A DNA stretch of 61,896 nt from NCBI GenBank assembly GCA_965231155.1, contig OZ246418.1, forward strand, positions 746,194 to 808,089, given 5' to 3'. Of this stretch, positions 1 through 8,831 are shown one piece after another. Source of the stretch: an uncultured Candidatus Saccharibacteria bacterium (GTDB taxonomy: Bacteria > Patescibacteriota > Minisyncoccia > UBA6257 > 2-01-FULL-56-20). Each line of letters starts with the position of its first letter. The first letter of the stretch is position 1. Position numbers and translations under genes: made by a program. Below the pieces are notes generated by a model, which saw only the letters and a list, made by a program, of their open reading frames with translations, had not been told where the DNA came from and made no database searches.

Positions 1-146
1 CTCGGGACATTACATCCCGGAGAGTCGTGAACTGAGCAACAATCTCCTTTTTCTTCCTCCTGCTGTCCGTTCGCTCCTCGCGGAACGAAACAAACAACAA
101 AGAACATTGCCACCAGGGCGGTGGCCGCCTTGAGATTAGTTCTCAT
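1..146 (-). CDS. GC-rich cassette ORF, partial (runs off the window edge); signal-peptide-like N-terminus followed by a Cys-rich segment
   Basis: ATG at 146-144 with AAGGAGGTG at 162-154. It translates to MRTNLKAATALVAMFFVVCFVPRGANGQQEEEKGDCCSVHDSPGC... It is too short or partial for the ORF track. Confidence 0.4.
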   Translation of the reverse strand, partial: MRTNLKAATALVAMFFVVCFVPRGANGQQEEEKGDCCSVHDSPGCNVP

Positions 147-217
147 ACCTGCCCACCTCCTTGAGGGCTGTCTTTTGTTTTTTTCTCTCTTATTTAGTTG
201 CAGTGAGAGCTGGGCAC

Positions 218-246
218 ATTCTACACTATATAGAAGTGTATGTCAA
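218..246 (-). promoter_or_regulatory. sigma-70-type promoter for the partial ORF at <1-146
   Basis: TTGACA (246-241), 17-nt spacer, TAGAAT (223-218); about 65 nt upstream of the ATG. Confidence 0.5.
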
Positions 247-260
247 TGCTTCTTCACACT

Positions 261-289
261 AAAAAACCCTGATTTTATAAGGGTTTTTT
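261..289. terminator. bidirectional intrinsic terminator hairpin at the msrB 3' end
   Basis: AAAAAACCCT-gattttata-AGGGTTTTTT, a perfect 10-bp stem with A/T runs on both sides. It overlaps the msrB stop codon. Confidence 0.6.
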
Positions 290-661
290 CTCTTCTTTTT
301 GGAGATCTAAACAGACCGAATTAATGCAGTATCTCTTTCCTCCTTTGTCGGTTGGGCCATCATCAAAAACATGTCCCAAATGGGCCCCACAACTCTTACA
401 CCGCACCTCTGTTCGAGACATCCCATGAGTTGAATCCTCTTTGAGTTCAATGTGCTCTAGGTTCGCTGGCTCCGTAAAACTTGGCCAGCCAGTTCCAGAA
501 TCAAACTTCGTGTCCGAAGAAAATAATTCGACGCCACAAATCGCACATTTAAACATTCCCTCCTCGTGACTATTCCAGTATTTTCCGGTAAATGGCGCTT
601 CTGTTCCACCATATCGAGCCACCTCAATGAGCTCCTTAGAAAGTTCTTTATCTTCTTTCAT
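275..661 (-). CDS. msrB: peptide-methionine (R)-S-oxide reductase MsrB
   Basis: Two CxxC pairs (CAICGVELF, CKSCGAHLGHVFDDGP) and GTGWPSF, all MsrB/SelR signatures. Confidence 0.95.
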   Translation of the reverse strand: MKEDKELSKELIEVARYGGTEAPFTGKYWNSHEEGMFKCAICGVELFSSDTKFDSGTGWPSFTEPANLEHIELKEDSTHGMSRTEVRCKSCGAHLGHVFDDGPTDKGGKRYCINSVCLDLQKEEKKPL

Positions 662-675
662 AATAATTAATGTAT

Positions 676-1218
676 TTATTTTTCTCCCGAATATTTTAAT
701 AACTCATTAAATCTTTCCTTAAGTTTCTCCAGTTTGGGATTAATCACAATCTGACAGTAAGGCGCATCGTTATTGTTTTTGTAATACTTTTGATGATACA
801 TTTCTGCTTCGTAGAACGCACCTAACGGACTAACCTCAGTTACCACTCTCGGACCATTTTCATTTAATTGCTGAATAAACTTTTCAACTTCTTCCTTCTG
901 TTCTTCAGTGGTATAGAAAACTGCTGAACGATATTGCGTTCCGGTATCCGCTCCCTGTCTATTTGGCGTAGTCGGATTATGAGTGGCAAAAAATACAGTT
1001 AATAAATCTGTATAAGTAATCTTTTCTGGATTGTACTCAATACGAATCACCTCTGCGTGTCCTGTATTTCCCATGCAAACTTCTTCGTATGTAGGGTTCT
1101 TTTTCGTGCCACCCGCATATCCTGGCATCACCGAAATAACTCCTTTTAATTCTTCAAATAATGCTTCGGTACACCAGAAACAACCTCCCCCAAAGACTGC
1201 GATTTGATGATTATCCAT
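676..1218 (-). CDS. msrA: peptide-methionine (S)-S-oxide reductase MsrA
   Basis: The GGGCFWC active-site motif plus GHAEVIRIEYNP and YHQKYY. Confidence 0.95.
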   Translation of the reverse strand: MDNHQIAVFGGGCFWCTEALFEELKGVISVMPGYAGGTKKNPTYEEVCMGNTGHAEVIRIEYNPEKITYTDLLTVFFATHNPTTPNRQGADTGTQYRSAVFYTTEEQKEEVEKFIQQLNENGPRVVTEVSPLGAFYEAEMYHQKYYKNNNDAPYCQIVINPKLEKLKERFNELLKYSGEK

Positions 1219-1232
1219 AACAATTATTGTAG

Positions 1233-2531
1233 TTATCCAAAGGTAAATGTATACACCTGCAACCCTGGCGAATCGATAATGAAGTCAAGAAGGTGCTCCT
1301 CGAGATTTTGTCTGTCGATTATTCGGTAGAGTCGATTTTCCTTCACGGTCAAATAACTTTTCCCATTTTTATAACTGATATCACTACCAGCGGCTCCAAT
1401 CGGAATAGGGTTCCCATCCTCCCGAACCTCAATAACGGTAACCTGATTATTCCGTGCACCAGCCACAACATATACTCCTTTTGCCTGATACTGATACTCT
1501 ATATGGTTTGGCCCAATTTGATTACTATCGGTAGTTGATTCTGGCGTTTCAGCGTACTCCGGAAAGATATTCCATACTCCGGAAAGATACAGTACGCCCG
1601 GGACAATCTTTTCTGGAATGATGAAGGTTTGGGTGCCTGACTGACCGACAACTCCTGAGCCAAGATTTGTATTTCGCGATGAACCGAAATATGTTTCCAA
1701 ACTCCGGGCCTCGGGAGAAGCTTTAATCCCAGGATCAACCATCCCTGTCTTCACGCTATCTGTTGATCCAAGAACCGAAAGGCGTTCCTTCAAAGCCTTC
1801 TGGATCTGCGTCTCAGTCTCAGCATATCCTCCCTCACCGATATGGTCGTAGATAATAAAACCGTCAATATCGATTAAATATTTTCTTGGCCAGTACCGGT
1901 TTTTATAACTTGTCCATGTTGAGTAGTCATTATCAAGAACAACTGGGAACTTGATGCCAGCTTTCTGTGTCGCAACTAAGACGTTTTGGTAGTTCTTTTC
2001 AAAATCAAACTCTGGAGTATGCACCCCCACAATCTCTAAACCTTGGTCTTTATATTTATCATACCAGGCATTCAGATATGGAGTGGTGCGTTGGCAGTTG
2101 ATACAACTGTATGTCCAAAAATCAACTAAGATCACCTTTTTCCCAACGATATCGACGAGCTTGAGGTCGGTTTTCCCTTCAGGCAAGTTAATGAATCCAT
2201 CCGGAGTCGAGATCTCTCTCGCCCTTTCGTACTTACTCTTTTTCGATGCAATGCGGCCTAACGAAGCAGTGATTGATGTCGGTGATATTTTCGAAACTGT
2301 ATTTGTTGTGGCACTTGCCTCCATGGAAGCACCGCGACTCACTCCCTCCGTACTGTTTTGAATTGCGACCTCAACGGGAATTGCATCGGCGTCTGAAGTC
2401 CCAGAAATTTTTGCTGGAGAAATTTTTCCCGACTGAAGATAAAGAATACTTCCTACAATAAATACGCCGGCGATTAAGAGGCTGATATTTTTATTCTGCA
2501 TCATTTTTTTCTTTAATGGAGGTAGTGGCAA
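1233..2531 (-). CDS. membrane-anchored thioredoxin-like (redoxin) protein, resembling the C-terminal part of DipZ
   Basis: N-terminal TM anchor, then FWTYSCINCQRT (a CxxC thioredoxin fold) and a ~150-aa C-terminal beta-rich domain. The start is uncertain; ATG at 2504 is an alternative. It overlaps the ccdA 3' end. Confidence 0.8.
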   Translation of the reverse strand: MPLPPLKKKMMQNKNISLLIAGVFIVGSILYLQSGKISPAKISGTSDADAIPVEVAIQNSTEGVSRGASMEASATTNTVSKISPTSITASLGRIASKKSKYERAREISTPDGFINLPEGKTDLKLVDIVGKKVILVDFWTYSCINCQRTTPYLNAWYDKYKDQGLEIVGVHTPEFDFEKNYQNVLVATQKAGIKFPVVLDNDYSTWTSYKNRYWPRKYLIDIDGFIIYDHIGEGGYAETETQIQKALKERLSVLGSTDSVKTGMVDPGIKASPEARSLETYFGSSRNTNLGSGVVGQSGTQTFIIPEKIVPGVLYLSGVWNIFPEYAETPESTTDSNQIGPNHIEYQYQAKGVYVVAGARNNQVTVIEVREDGNPIPIGAAGSDISYKNGKSYLTVKENRLYRIIDRQNLEEHLLDFIIDSPGLQVYTFTFG

Positions 2532-3255
2532 GGTAAGAAAGAAATCCAGGAACTAACGGCAACACACATGGAGAAAGGAATGAGCCTAGTCCAGCCAAGA
2601 ACGCGATCGCAAGATTTGCGATGTTTAAGGAGCTGATGTTGCCACCAGGGCCAGATACAAGATTCAGTCTGCCAAGGAGATCGGCAAGAATTTCAAAGTT
2701 TGCAATACGATTCAGCTGTCCCACAAAGATGAAGATACCGAGGATCACGAGAAGCGCTCCAAATACTCGTTCAACCCAGACGAGCCATGGACCCGCACGT
2801 TCGATATAACTGGTCGCTCGGTCGGCGAATAGACCAACTAAGAGAAAAGGAATACCAATTCCGAAGGTGTAGGCGACAAGCAAAAAGAAAGCACTTCCAG
2901 GCGTAGTCGCGGCAAGCGCCAGGATGGCTCCGAGGGCGGCCGAGACACAGGGCGTCCAGCCGACCGCAAACGCCGCACCGAAAAGAAAGGCTGAAAAATG
3001 ACGTGATCCGAAGTTGGTTCTGACTGATAACTTATGATCACGAGTGAGAAACTCTGGGGTAATAAGACCCATAGTGAATAACCCAAAAAGGATGATTATC
3101 ACTCCACCGATTCGACCCAACCACTCCTGCACGCTGTAAGCGACATTAGAAAGTATAGTCTGCAAAAGCACACCAACAAGCGAAAAAACAACTGAAAATC
3201 CCAATACAAAAAATACACTAGCCAGAAACATATTCCACCGATTTGGTTTTATCAT
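2491..3255 (-). CDS. ccdA: CcdA/DsbD-family thiol-disulfide electron transporter with permuted TM order
   Basis: AVGWTPCVSAALG (the canonical TM4 Cys motif) sits mid-protein, and FLSPCVLPLVPGFLSYLA (the canonical TM1 motif) is at the extreme C-terminus. The start is taken at MIKPNRWNMF (3255), which avoids overlap with the upstream gene. Confidence 0.8.
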   Translation of the reverse strand: MIKPNRWNMFLASVFFVLGFSVVFSLVGVLLQTILSNVAYSVQEWLGRIGGVIIILFGLFTMGLITPEFLTRDHKLSVRTNFGSRHFSAFLFGAAFAVGWTPCVSAALGAILALAATTPGSAFFLLVAYTFGIGIPFLLVGLFADRATSYIERAGPWLVWVERVFGALLVILGIFIFVGQLNRIANFEILADLLGRLNLVSGPGGNISSLNIANLAIAFLAGLGSFLSPCVLPLVPGFLSYLATTSIKEKNDAE

Positions 3256-3275
3256 TGATATAGTGATTAATTTTT

Positions 3276-3638
3276 CTATAACTTTGATTTTGCATATAAC
3301 AAGCCTGCTACCTTCCCCAGCACCATGGCAGCAAGTACAAAAATAAGCCAAGGATCTAAACTTCCTCGAAATTCTTGAATGATGACACCTATAAGTAATA
3401 ATGCCGATCCGATGAGATAGGCTACTCGATCAGCCAGTAGCCGATGAGCCGTTTCTCTTTCGTCACCACTACCCTCTCTCCATACAAAAACCGCAAATCC
3501 AATAAAAGATACGATTAACCCAGTAAGCAATGCCATAACCACATAATCAGGCATAACCATACTCCAAGGATTAAACACTATGCCTAAAAGTAAGACTAAA
3601 ACTAAGGATACAAAAAGCTCTCCTCGAATTTCTCTCAT
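3276..3638 (-). CDS. small 4-TM membrane protein co-transcribed with the XRE regulator (DUF2178-like arrangement)
   Basis: Hydrophobic segments, a 4-nt overlap with the upstream HTH gene, and no catalytic motifs. Confidence 0.55.
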   Translation of the reverse strand: MREIRGELFVSLVLVLLLGIVFNPWSMVMPDYVVMALLTGLIVSFIGFAVFVWREGSGDERETAHRLLADRVAYLIGSALLLIGVIIQEFRGSLDPWLIFVLAAMVLGKVAGLLYAKSKL

Positions 3639-3841
3639 AATGATAAATAAAAAATATCCTCAACCGACTTTTTAAAAAAACGACTAATTCTTAATGCCAA
3701 AGAGATCGACGGCAAATAGTGCCCCTTTTCAATTGCAATGATAGTTTGTCGAGATACGCCCACCTCTTTCGCCAAGTCCTCCTGAGTCATTTTTGAATGG
3801 ACTCTCACAGAATAAAGATTATTAGATACTTCTTCTTTCAC
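3635..3841 (-). CDS. XRE-family helix-turn-helix transcriptional regulator
   Basis: MTQEDLAKEVGVSRQTIIAIEKG is a typical Cro/C1 HTH. The start codon is GTG. Confidence 0.85.
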   Translation of the reverse strand: MKEEVSNNLYSVRVHSKMTQEDLAKEVGVSRQTIIAIEKGHYLPSISLALRISRFFKKSVEDIFYLSL

Positions 3842-3848
3842 TCTTCCT

Positions 3849-3876
3849 AGTATAAAGAAGGTTTTTTAAATGTCAA
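3849..3876 (-). promoter_or_regulatory. promoter of the XRE operon; predicts a leaderless mRNA
   Basis: TTGACA (3876-3871), 16-nt spacer, TATACT (3854-3849). Only 7 nt separate the -10 from the GTG start. Confidence 0.55.
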
Positions 3877-3904
3877 GCTTACTTTACATCTACGAAATAG
3901 GTAG

Positions 3905-5173
3905 TTATCGAGAGTATCTTCGAGGTGATTGATCTTCACCAAACTTCCTTGGAGTACGAAAGGTTGAAGAGGATCGTTGTCCATAAGTCCGATGGGGACG
4001 ACCAGTCGAAGATCTCGCTGGATACGGTGCACGTTCGAACGTATTCGCCACTGCTCGAGCTGGTGGCAGTTCTGGAATTGGCTTTAGTGGCAAGCTGACT
4101 CGAATCAAACGCTCGATATCTCGCACATCGCCTCGCTGATCTGGAGTGGCAAAAGAAATGGCGTGGCCGGCAGCACCGGCTCGTGCGGTTCGTCCGATGC
4201 GATGCACATAGTCTTCGGCATTGCTTGGTAAGTCGTAGTTGACCACCAACTCAATCCCTTTGACATCAATGCCCCGAGCGGCAATATCAGTTGCCACTAA
4301 AATTCTATATCGGCCATTACGGAAACCGTCTAAGGCCTCTCGGCGCTGGTTCAAGGACTTATTTGAGTGTAGCTCGGTGACGGTATGTCCGGCAGCTCGA
4401 ATTCCTGCTGAAATTCGTTTCGCGCCAAACTTAGTCCTCGAGAACACCAGCACAGAACCACGATAGTCCGACAGTAGTTTTTCCAGCAATCTCGATTTAT
4501 CCTGTCGAGCTAAAAAGAAAAGTTCCTGAGTAACTCGCGCGGCGGTCATGCCCGGTGGGGCAATCTCGATACGTACTGGAAGTTGCATATAAGACTTGGC
4601 CAAATTCACAATCTCATTCGGCATCGTTGCTGAAAAAAGCATGGTCTGTCGTTCTTTTGGCACGCCAGCTAATAGTCTTTTCAACTGAGGAGCAAATCCC
4701 ATATCGAGCATTCGGTCGGCTTCATCCAAGACCAGAATATTTACTTCAGAAAGGGAAAGGGTTCGTTGTTCAAGGTGATCAATCATCCGGCCTGGTGTTC
4801 CAATAAGAATCATTGGATTGGCACGTAAGCCTTGAATCTGTCGACCCATCGCCTCTCCGCCCACTAGAAGCACTGACCGAACTCCCAAAGGCCCACCGAT
4901 CTTTCTAAAAGTTTCCTGCACCTGGATAGCTAACTCCCGAGTCGGCAAAACCACAAGACCCCGCTTGCCCGCTAAGGCGGCCTGAATCATTGGAATCCCA
5001 AAAGCGAGGGTTTTTCCTGTGCCAGTCTGCGCCAGGCCCATCAAATCCTTCCCCTCAATGGCCGTGGGAATCGACTGTTCCTGAATAGGAGTCGGCGTTT
5101 TGAAGCCAATCTTATCAAGAACAGAAAGAACGTTCGGAGCGATTCCAAGATGATAAAAGCTTGATTCTGACAT
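3905..5173 (-). CDS. DEAD-box ATP-dependent RNA helicase
   Basis: AQTGTGKT, DEAD (VLDEADRM), SAT and HRIGRTARAG motifs, plus an Arg/Ser-rich C-terminal tail. Confidence 0.95.
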   Translation of the reverse strand: MSESSFYHLGIAPNVLSVLDKIGFKTPTPIQEQSIPTAIEGKDLMGLAQTGTGKTLAFGIPMIQAALAGKRGLVVLPTRELAIQVQETFRKIGGPLGVRSVLLVGGEAMGRQIQGLRANPMILIGTPGRMIDHLEQRTLSLSEVNILVLDEADRMLDMGFAPQLKRLLAGVPKERQTMLFSATMPNEIVNLAKSYMQLPVRIEIAPPGMTAARVTQELFFLARQDKSRLLEKLLSDYRGSVLVFSRTKFGAKRISAGIRAAGHTVTELHSNKSLNQRREALDGFRNGRYRILVATDIAARGIDVKGIELVVNYDLPSNAEDYVHRIGRTARAGAAGHAISFATPDQRGDVRDIERLIRVSLPLKPIPELPPARAVANTFERAPYPARSSTGRPHRTYGQRSSSTFRTPRKFGEDQSPRRYSR

Positions 5174-5216
5174 ATATGAATATACACTCTATCACAGATA
5201 TGCTAAAATAGCTCGT

Positions 5217-5963
5217 ATGTCGGAATCTAGCCCAAAAACACTCATCGTCGAAGACTCATTTGCGTTAGCTAAGAAAGGTGCTGAATTATTCTTAGAAATC
5301 AGTCGAGAAAGTATCCAGTCGAGAGGTCGTTTTCTCGTTGCACTCTCTGGTGGTAGTACACCTCTCAAAATGTATGACATTCTAGCCCAAGAACCATTTT
5401 CTTCACAGATAGACTGGGCAAAAATACATATCTTCCTGAGTGATGAACGTTTTGTGCTGGAAAGTGATGAGGCAAGTAACTTTGGTCCACTCAAAAAAAT
5501 ACTTTTGGACAAAATTAGTATCCCCCAAGAGAATATTCATCCGGTAGTCACCCAGATCACAACACCAGAGCTAGTCGCGCACGAATACGAAAATGAACTA
5601 AAGAAAATATCAGGAGTAGAAATCCCCTCTCTTGATGCCATCTTCCTGGGCATTGGACCTGATGGCCACACCGCCTCTCTATTTCCAGGAATCTATACCC
5701 CAGAAGAAAACGAACCGCTTGTCTTAGCTATTCACAACTCACCAAAACCACCTTCGGAACGCATCTCTTTTTCTATGAGACTCATTAATAACGCCCAAAA
5801 TGTTATCTTCCTCGCAAACGGAAGTGAAAAAGCCACGGTTCTCAAAGAAATACTGGAAAATGGAACTTCTGAGAAGATCCTGCCAGCACGTATGGCCAGG
5901 CCAAAAAATGGAAATCTCATCTGGCTTTTAGATAAAACAGTTGCTTCGTTATTGAGCAACTAA
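5217..5963 (+). CDS. pgl: 6-phosphogluconolactonase
   Basis: LSGGSTP, LSDERF and GIGPDGHTASLFPG motifs. Confidence 0.9.
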   Translation: MSESSPKTLIVEDSFALAKKGAELFLEISRESIQSRGRFLVALSGGSTPLKMYDILAQEPFSSQIDWAKIHIFLSDERFVLESDEASNFGPLKKILLDKISIPQENIHPVVTQITTPELVAHEYENELKKISGVEIPSLDAIFLGIGPDGHTASLFPGIYTPEENEPLVLAIHNSPKPPSERISFSMRLINNAQNVIFLANGSEKATVLKEILENGTSEKILPARMARPKNGNLIWLLDKTVASLLSN

Positions 5964-5966
5964 AGT

Positions 5967-6674
5967 TTAGATAACTTCGTAATCAAGAGCACCTTCTTCT
6001 GGTCCAGCGTACAACGGAATAATTTCAAGCTCGCCCTTGGGCTGAACTCGAATAACATCGATAACTTTTCCAAAAATTCGGAAATTACGATTCACAATGA
6101 TTGGTTTATACTGAGGGTCCGAGGAAACTGGCTTAAGAATGATAGCGTTATTCGCAAATTCTAATTTTTTAATAACCGCAAAACTCTCAATGATTGCCAC
6201 TACTAGATCATTTTCAGAAACTGATTCCGTCACTTCAACCAAGACATAGTCACCTTCTTTTATACCCGCATCGAGCATAGAGTCACCCACTGCTCGAATA
6301 CACACGACGTTATCCCGATCGACTCCCTGCAAGAGATCGACGGCCACACAGACATAATCACCAAAGTTCCGTTGCGCAAAAACACTGACGTTATCGCACC
6401 CAGCCGAAGCGATGACAGGAACATTTACCGTCTGTGGTTCGCCGTCTTTTCCACTTATCAAACGAATGCCACGACGTTCGTACCGTCGTCTCTCGATTAA
6501 TCCTTTTTTCTCTAGTGATTCTAAATACTGAGTGACTGCCCGAGGTGAAGAAAACTTCATTAATCGCACAAGTTCGGCCACTGTGGGCGACTCGCCTTTT
6601 TTCTCAATCAACTGACAAAGATTGTCGTAGAATTTTTTTTGTTTTTCCGTAAGATTATTCATTTTCGTATCCAT
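5967..6674 (-). CDS. lexA: LexA-like repressor (winged HTH plus S24 peptidase)
   Basis: N-terminal wHTH (SPTVAELVRLMKFSSPRAVTQYLESLEKKGLI), an A-G cleavage site (ASAGCD), GDSM and a downstream Lys (IKKL). Confidence 0.85.
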   Translation of the reverse strand: MDTKMNNLTEKQKKFYDNLCQLIEKKGESPTVAELVRLMKFSSPRAVTQYLESLEKKGLIERRRYERRGIRLISGKDGEPQTVNVPVIASAGCDNVSVFAQRNFGDYVCVAVDLLQGVDRDNVVCIRAVGDSMLDAGIKEGDYVLVEVTESVSENDLVVAIIESFAVIKKLEFANNAIILKPVSSDPQYKPIIVNRNFRIFGKVIDVIRVQPKGELEIIPLYAGPEEGALDYEVI

Positions 6675-6676
6675 TT

Positions 6677-6979
6677 TTATGATTCATCTAAAATTATTCG
6701 GTCATAGAACCTTCCTCGTTCTTCGGCCTTTTTCTCTTTAATTCCTCGAATCTGGTCAGAAGAAAATCTTTTGTATTTCATAATGGCATCAACCACTTCT
6801 AAAATATCAGCTAGCTCTTCGGGAGTCTCGTCACGGTTAAACTCTCCAACCTCTTCCAATAACTTCTCCTTTAGCTTCGGCCAGTACTCAAAATCCATCG
6901 CCCTGTGTGCAGAAACTGAGCCACCATCTCGGCGAATAACTTCTGGAATCCTATCTCTAACCAACTTGTGGTATGTCAT
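6677..6979 (-). CDS. MazG-like nucleoside triphosphate pyrophosphohydrolase (small, all-alpha)
   Basis: YHKLVRDRIPEVI...EExxEF...ELADILEV pattern. It lies immediately upstream of lexA and is co-oriented with it. Confidence 0.75.
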   Translation of the reverse strand: MTYHKLVRDRIPEVIRRDGGSVSAHRAMDFEYWPKLKEKLLEEVGEFNRDETPEELADILEVVDAIMKYKRFSSDQIRGIKEKKAEERGRFYDRIILDES

Positions 6980-7043
6980 ATTATGTATATTATAAATTGA
7001 TATCTATAACATATACAATATATACATTGTGCATAACTTTTTC

Positions 7044-7101
7044 GAACATATTTTATTTTCGTCCTATCCCAAAGGCATAACGACAAAAATAAAATATGTT
7101 C
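7044..7101. repeat. 20-bp-stem hairpin carrying the conserved loop CTATCCCAAAGGCATAAC (copy 1 of a recurring motif)
   Basis: GAACATATTTTATTTTCGTC (7044-7063) pairs with GACAAAAATAAAATATGTTC (7082-7101) at 19/20 positions. The loop matches the hairpin at 27879-27920. Confidence 0.6.
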
Positions 7102-7232
7102 TCATTGGTGGAAACATAATGTCGGAAGAAAAAACTGCTCCTCTAGAAAGGATGTCCTATTGAAGGGCATAAAAAACAAAGCGAAAATATATGCTCGTTA
7201 GAATAAAAAAACGCTCTCCTATAAAAAAGTTG

Positions 7233-8141
7233 TTATCCGTGGAGGTAGCGTCGGACTGCAATAAAACTAGAAATGGCACTGACGAGCACGCCAGTCAGTA
7301 GCTGATACAGGACAAGAATTGGCAGGTTCTCAAAGAAATAACGGAGGATGCTTGTTTCTGGTACCGCCTGGGATATATAGGGATCGACAGAAGATAAGGC
7401 CGGCAGGGCGATGATAATACTCAGTATCGCCGAAACAAAACCGACGATAATCCCCTCCACCACGTATGGCCCTCGCACAAAACGATTTGAAGCACCAACC
7501 GCGCGCATAATGCCAATCTCATCTCGGTTGGAATAGATAGCAAGCCTAATTGTATTGAAAACCACAAGACCGGAAACAATAACAAGAATGACAGTGACTA
7601 AAAAGCCTCCACGATTAATATTGCGGGCAATATCGTTAAGTCTATTTATAATAATCTGATTCTTGGCATAACTGACATGACTGACAAATCGTCCCAAGGT
7701 TGGGTTTTCAAAATAGTCGGCAATCACCTTGTACTGCTCAGGATCTTTGGCGCGAATATTCAGAGAAGCTTCCAAGGGATTATCACTCAGCTCCTGGAGG
7801 GCCTGGGAGATATCAGAACTATCAGCGTGCTGATCCTGAAACTTTTTCAGCGCGTCAGCACGAGAAACGTATTCTACTGACCTTACTTCTGGTAATCCTT
7901 CAAGCGATCGTTGAACGTTAAAAATCTCATCCTCTGGAGTGACCTTCTTGAAAGAAACTGAAATATCAATCTTATCCTGAATGGCCGTCACCGTCTGGCC
8001 AATTAATACATTAAAGAGAACGAGTCCAAGGAAAACCACGAGCGAAAGAGTAACAATGGCAACGGTTGTCGTCGAAAGTAATCCATTTCGGATAAAGTTC
8101 TTCCAGCCATACTGAATTATTCTGCTAAGGACGGTGACCAT
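7233..8141 (-). CDS. ftsX: cell-division permease-like protein FtsX
   Basis: Four TM segments with a large first extracytoplasmic loop; downstream of ftsE. Confidence 0.9.
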   Translation of the reverse strand: MVTVLSRIIQYGWKNFIRNGLLSTTTVAIVTLSLVVFLGLVLFNVLIGQTVTAIQDKIDISVSFKKVTPEDEIFNVQRSLEGLPEVRSVEYVSRADALKKFQDQHADSSDISQALQELSDNPLEASLNIRAKDPEQYKVIADYFENPTLGRFVSHVSYAKNQIIINRLNDIARNINRGGFLVTVILVIVSGLVVFNTIRLAIYSNRDEIGIMRAVGASNRFVRGPYVVEGIIVGFVSAILSIIIALPALSSVDPYISQAVPETSILRYFFENLPILVLYQLLTGVLVSAISSFIAVRRYLHG

Positions 8142-8147
8142 AATTTT

Positions 8148-8831
8148 TTAGACTAAAATATATCTTCCATTTTCTTCGTCACGAATCACTCGGCCATGAT
8201 CCAGGGTAATGACTCGCTTGTTTAAGCCATTCACCACCTCTTTGTCGTGTGTCGCAAGAATGACCGTAGTCCCTAACTGATTAATCTTCTGCAAGAGGCC
8301 AATAATTTCTGAAGTATGGAAAGGATCGAGGTTACCCGTTGGCTCGTCAGCGATAATCACCTCTGGACGATGGACCATAGCGCGAGCAATAGCCACACGC
8401 TGTTTCTCTCCGCCAGAAAGTTCATGGGGAAAATTATTCAGTTTATCGCCAAGACCAACCATATCCAGCACCTGCGGTACCAGCTCGTCAATCTCATACT
8501 GAGAACGTCCAGCCACCTCTAAAGCAAATGCAACATTTTCTCGGGCAGTCTTCATAGGTAGAAGACGGAAGTCTTGGAAAATAATACCGATATGACGGCG
8601 GAAGATTGGCAGTTCTTTGTCTTTCAGTTTATTCACCTCGAACTGGCCAAAAAAAATACGCCCACGTGATGGTTTTTCTTCGCCAATCAGAAGTGATATA
8701 GCCGTAGACTTCCCCGCACCAGACTTTCCCACTAAACACACAAACTCGCCCAAGTTAATTTGGAACGAAACATCCTCGAGCGCCACTGAATGGCTATTGT
8801 AAATTCTATAAACGTTCTGGAAGGCAATCAT
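8148..8831 (-). CDS. ftsE: cell-division ABC ATPase FtsE
   Basis: Walker [10 protein letters not shown], signature [14 protein letters not shown], Walker [13 protein letters not shown]. Confidence 0.95.
   Translation of the reverse strand: MIAFQNVYRIYNSHSVALEDVSFQINLGEFVCLVGKSGAGKSTAISLLIGEEKPSRGRIFFGQFEVNKLKDKELPIFRRHIGIIFQDFRLLPMKTARENVAFALEVAGRSQYEIDELVPQVLDMVGLGDKLNNFPHELSGGEKQRVAIARAMVHRPEVIIADEPTGNLDPFHTSEIIGLLQKINQLGTTVILATHDKEVVNGLNKRVITLDHGRVIRDEENGRYILV

Noticed and set aside
121-324. A 67-aa plus-strand ORF at the left edge.
   Set aside because: It overlaps the minus-strand promoter and 5' UTR of the partial cassette ORF, the bidirectional terminator and the msrB 3' end. Its composition looks non-coding.
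7044-7101. Reading the hairpin arms GAACAT...ATGTTC as a LexA (Cheo-type GAAC-N4-GTTC) SOS box upstream of the lexA operon.
   Set aside because: The half-sites are about 50 nt apart rather than 4. The second hairpin copy at 27879-27920 lacks GAAC/GTTC, so the resemblance is probably coincidental.
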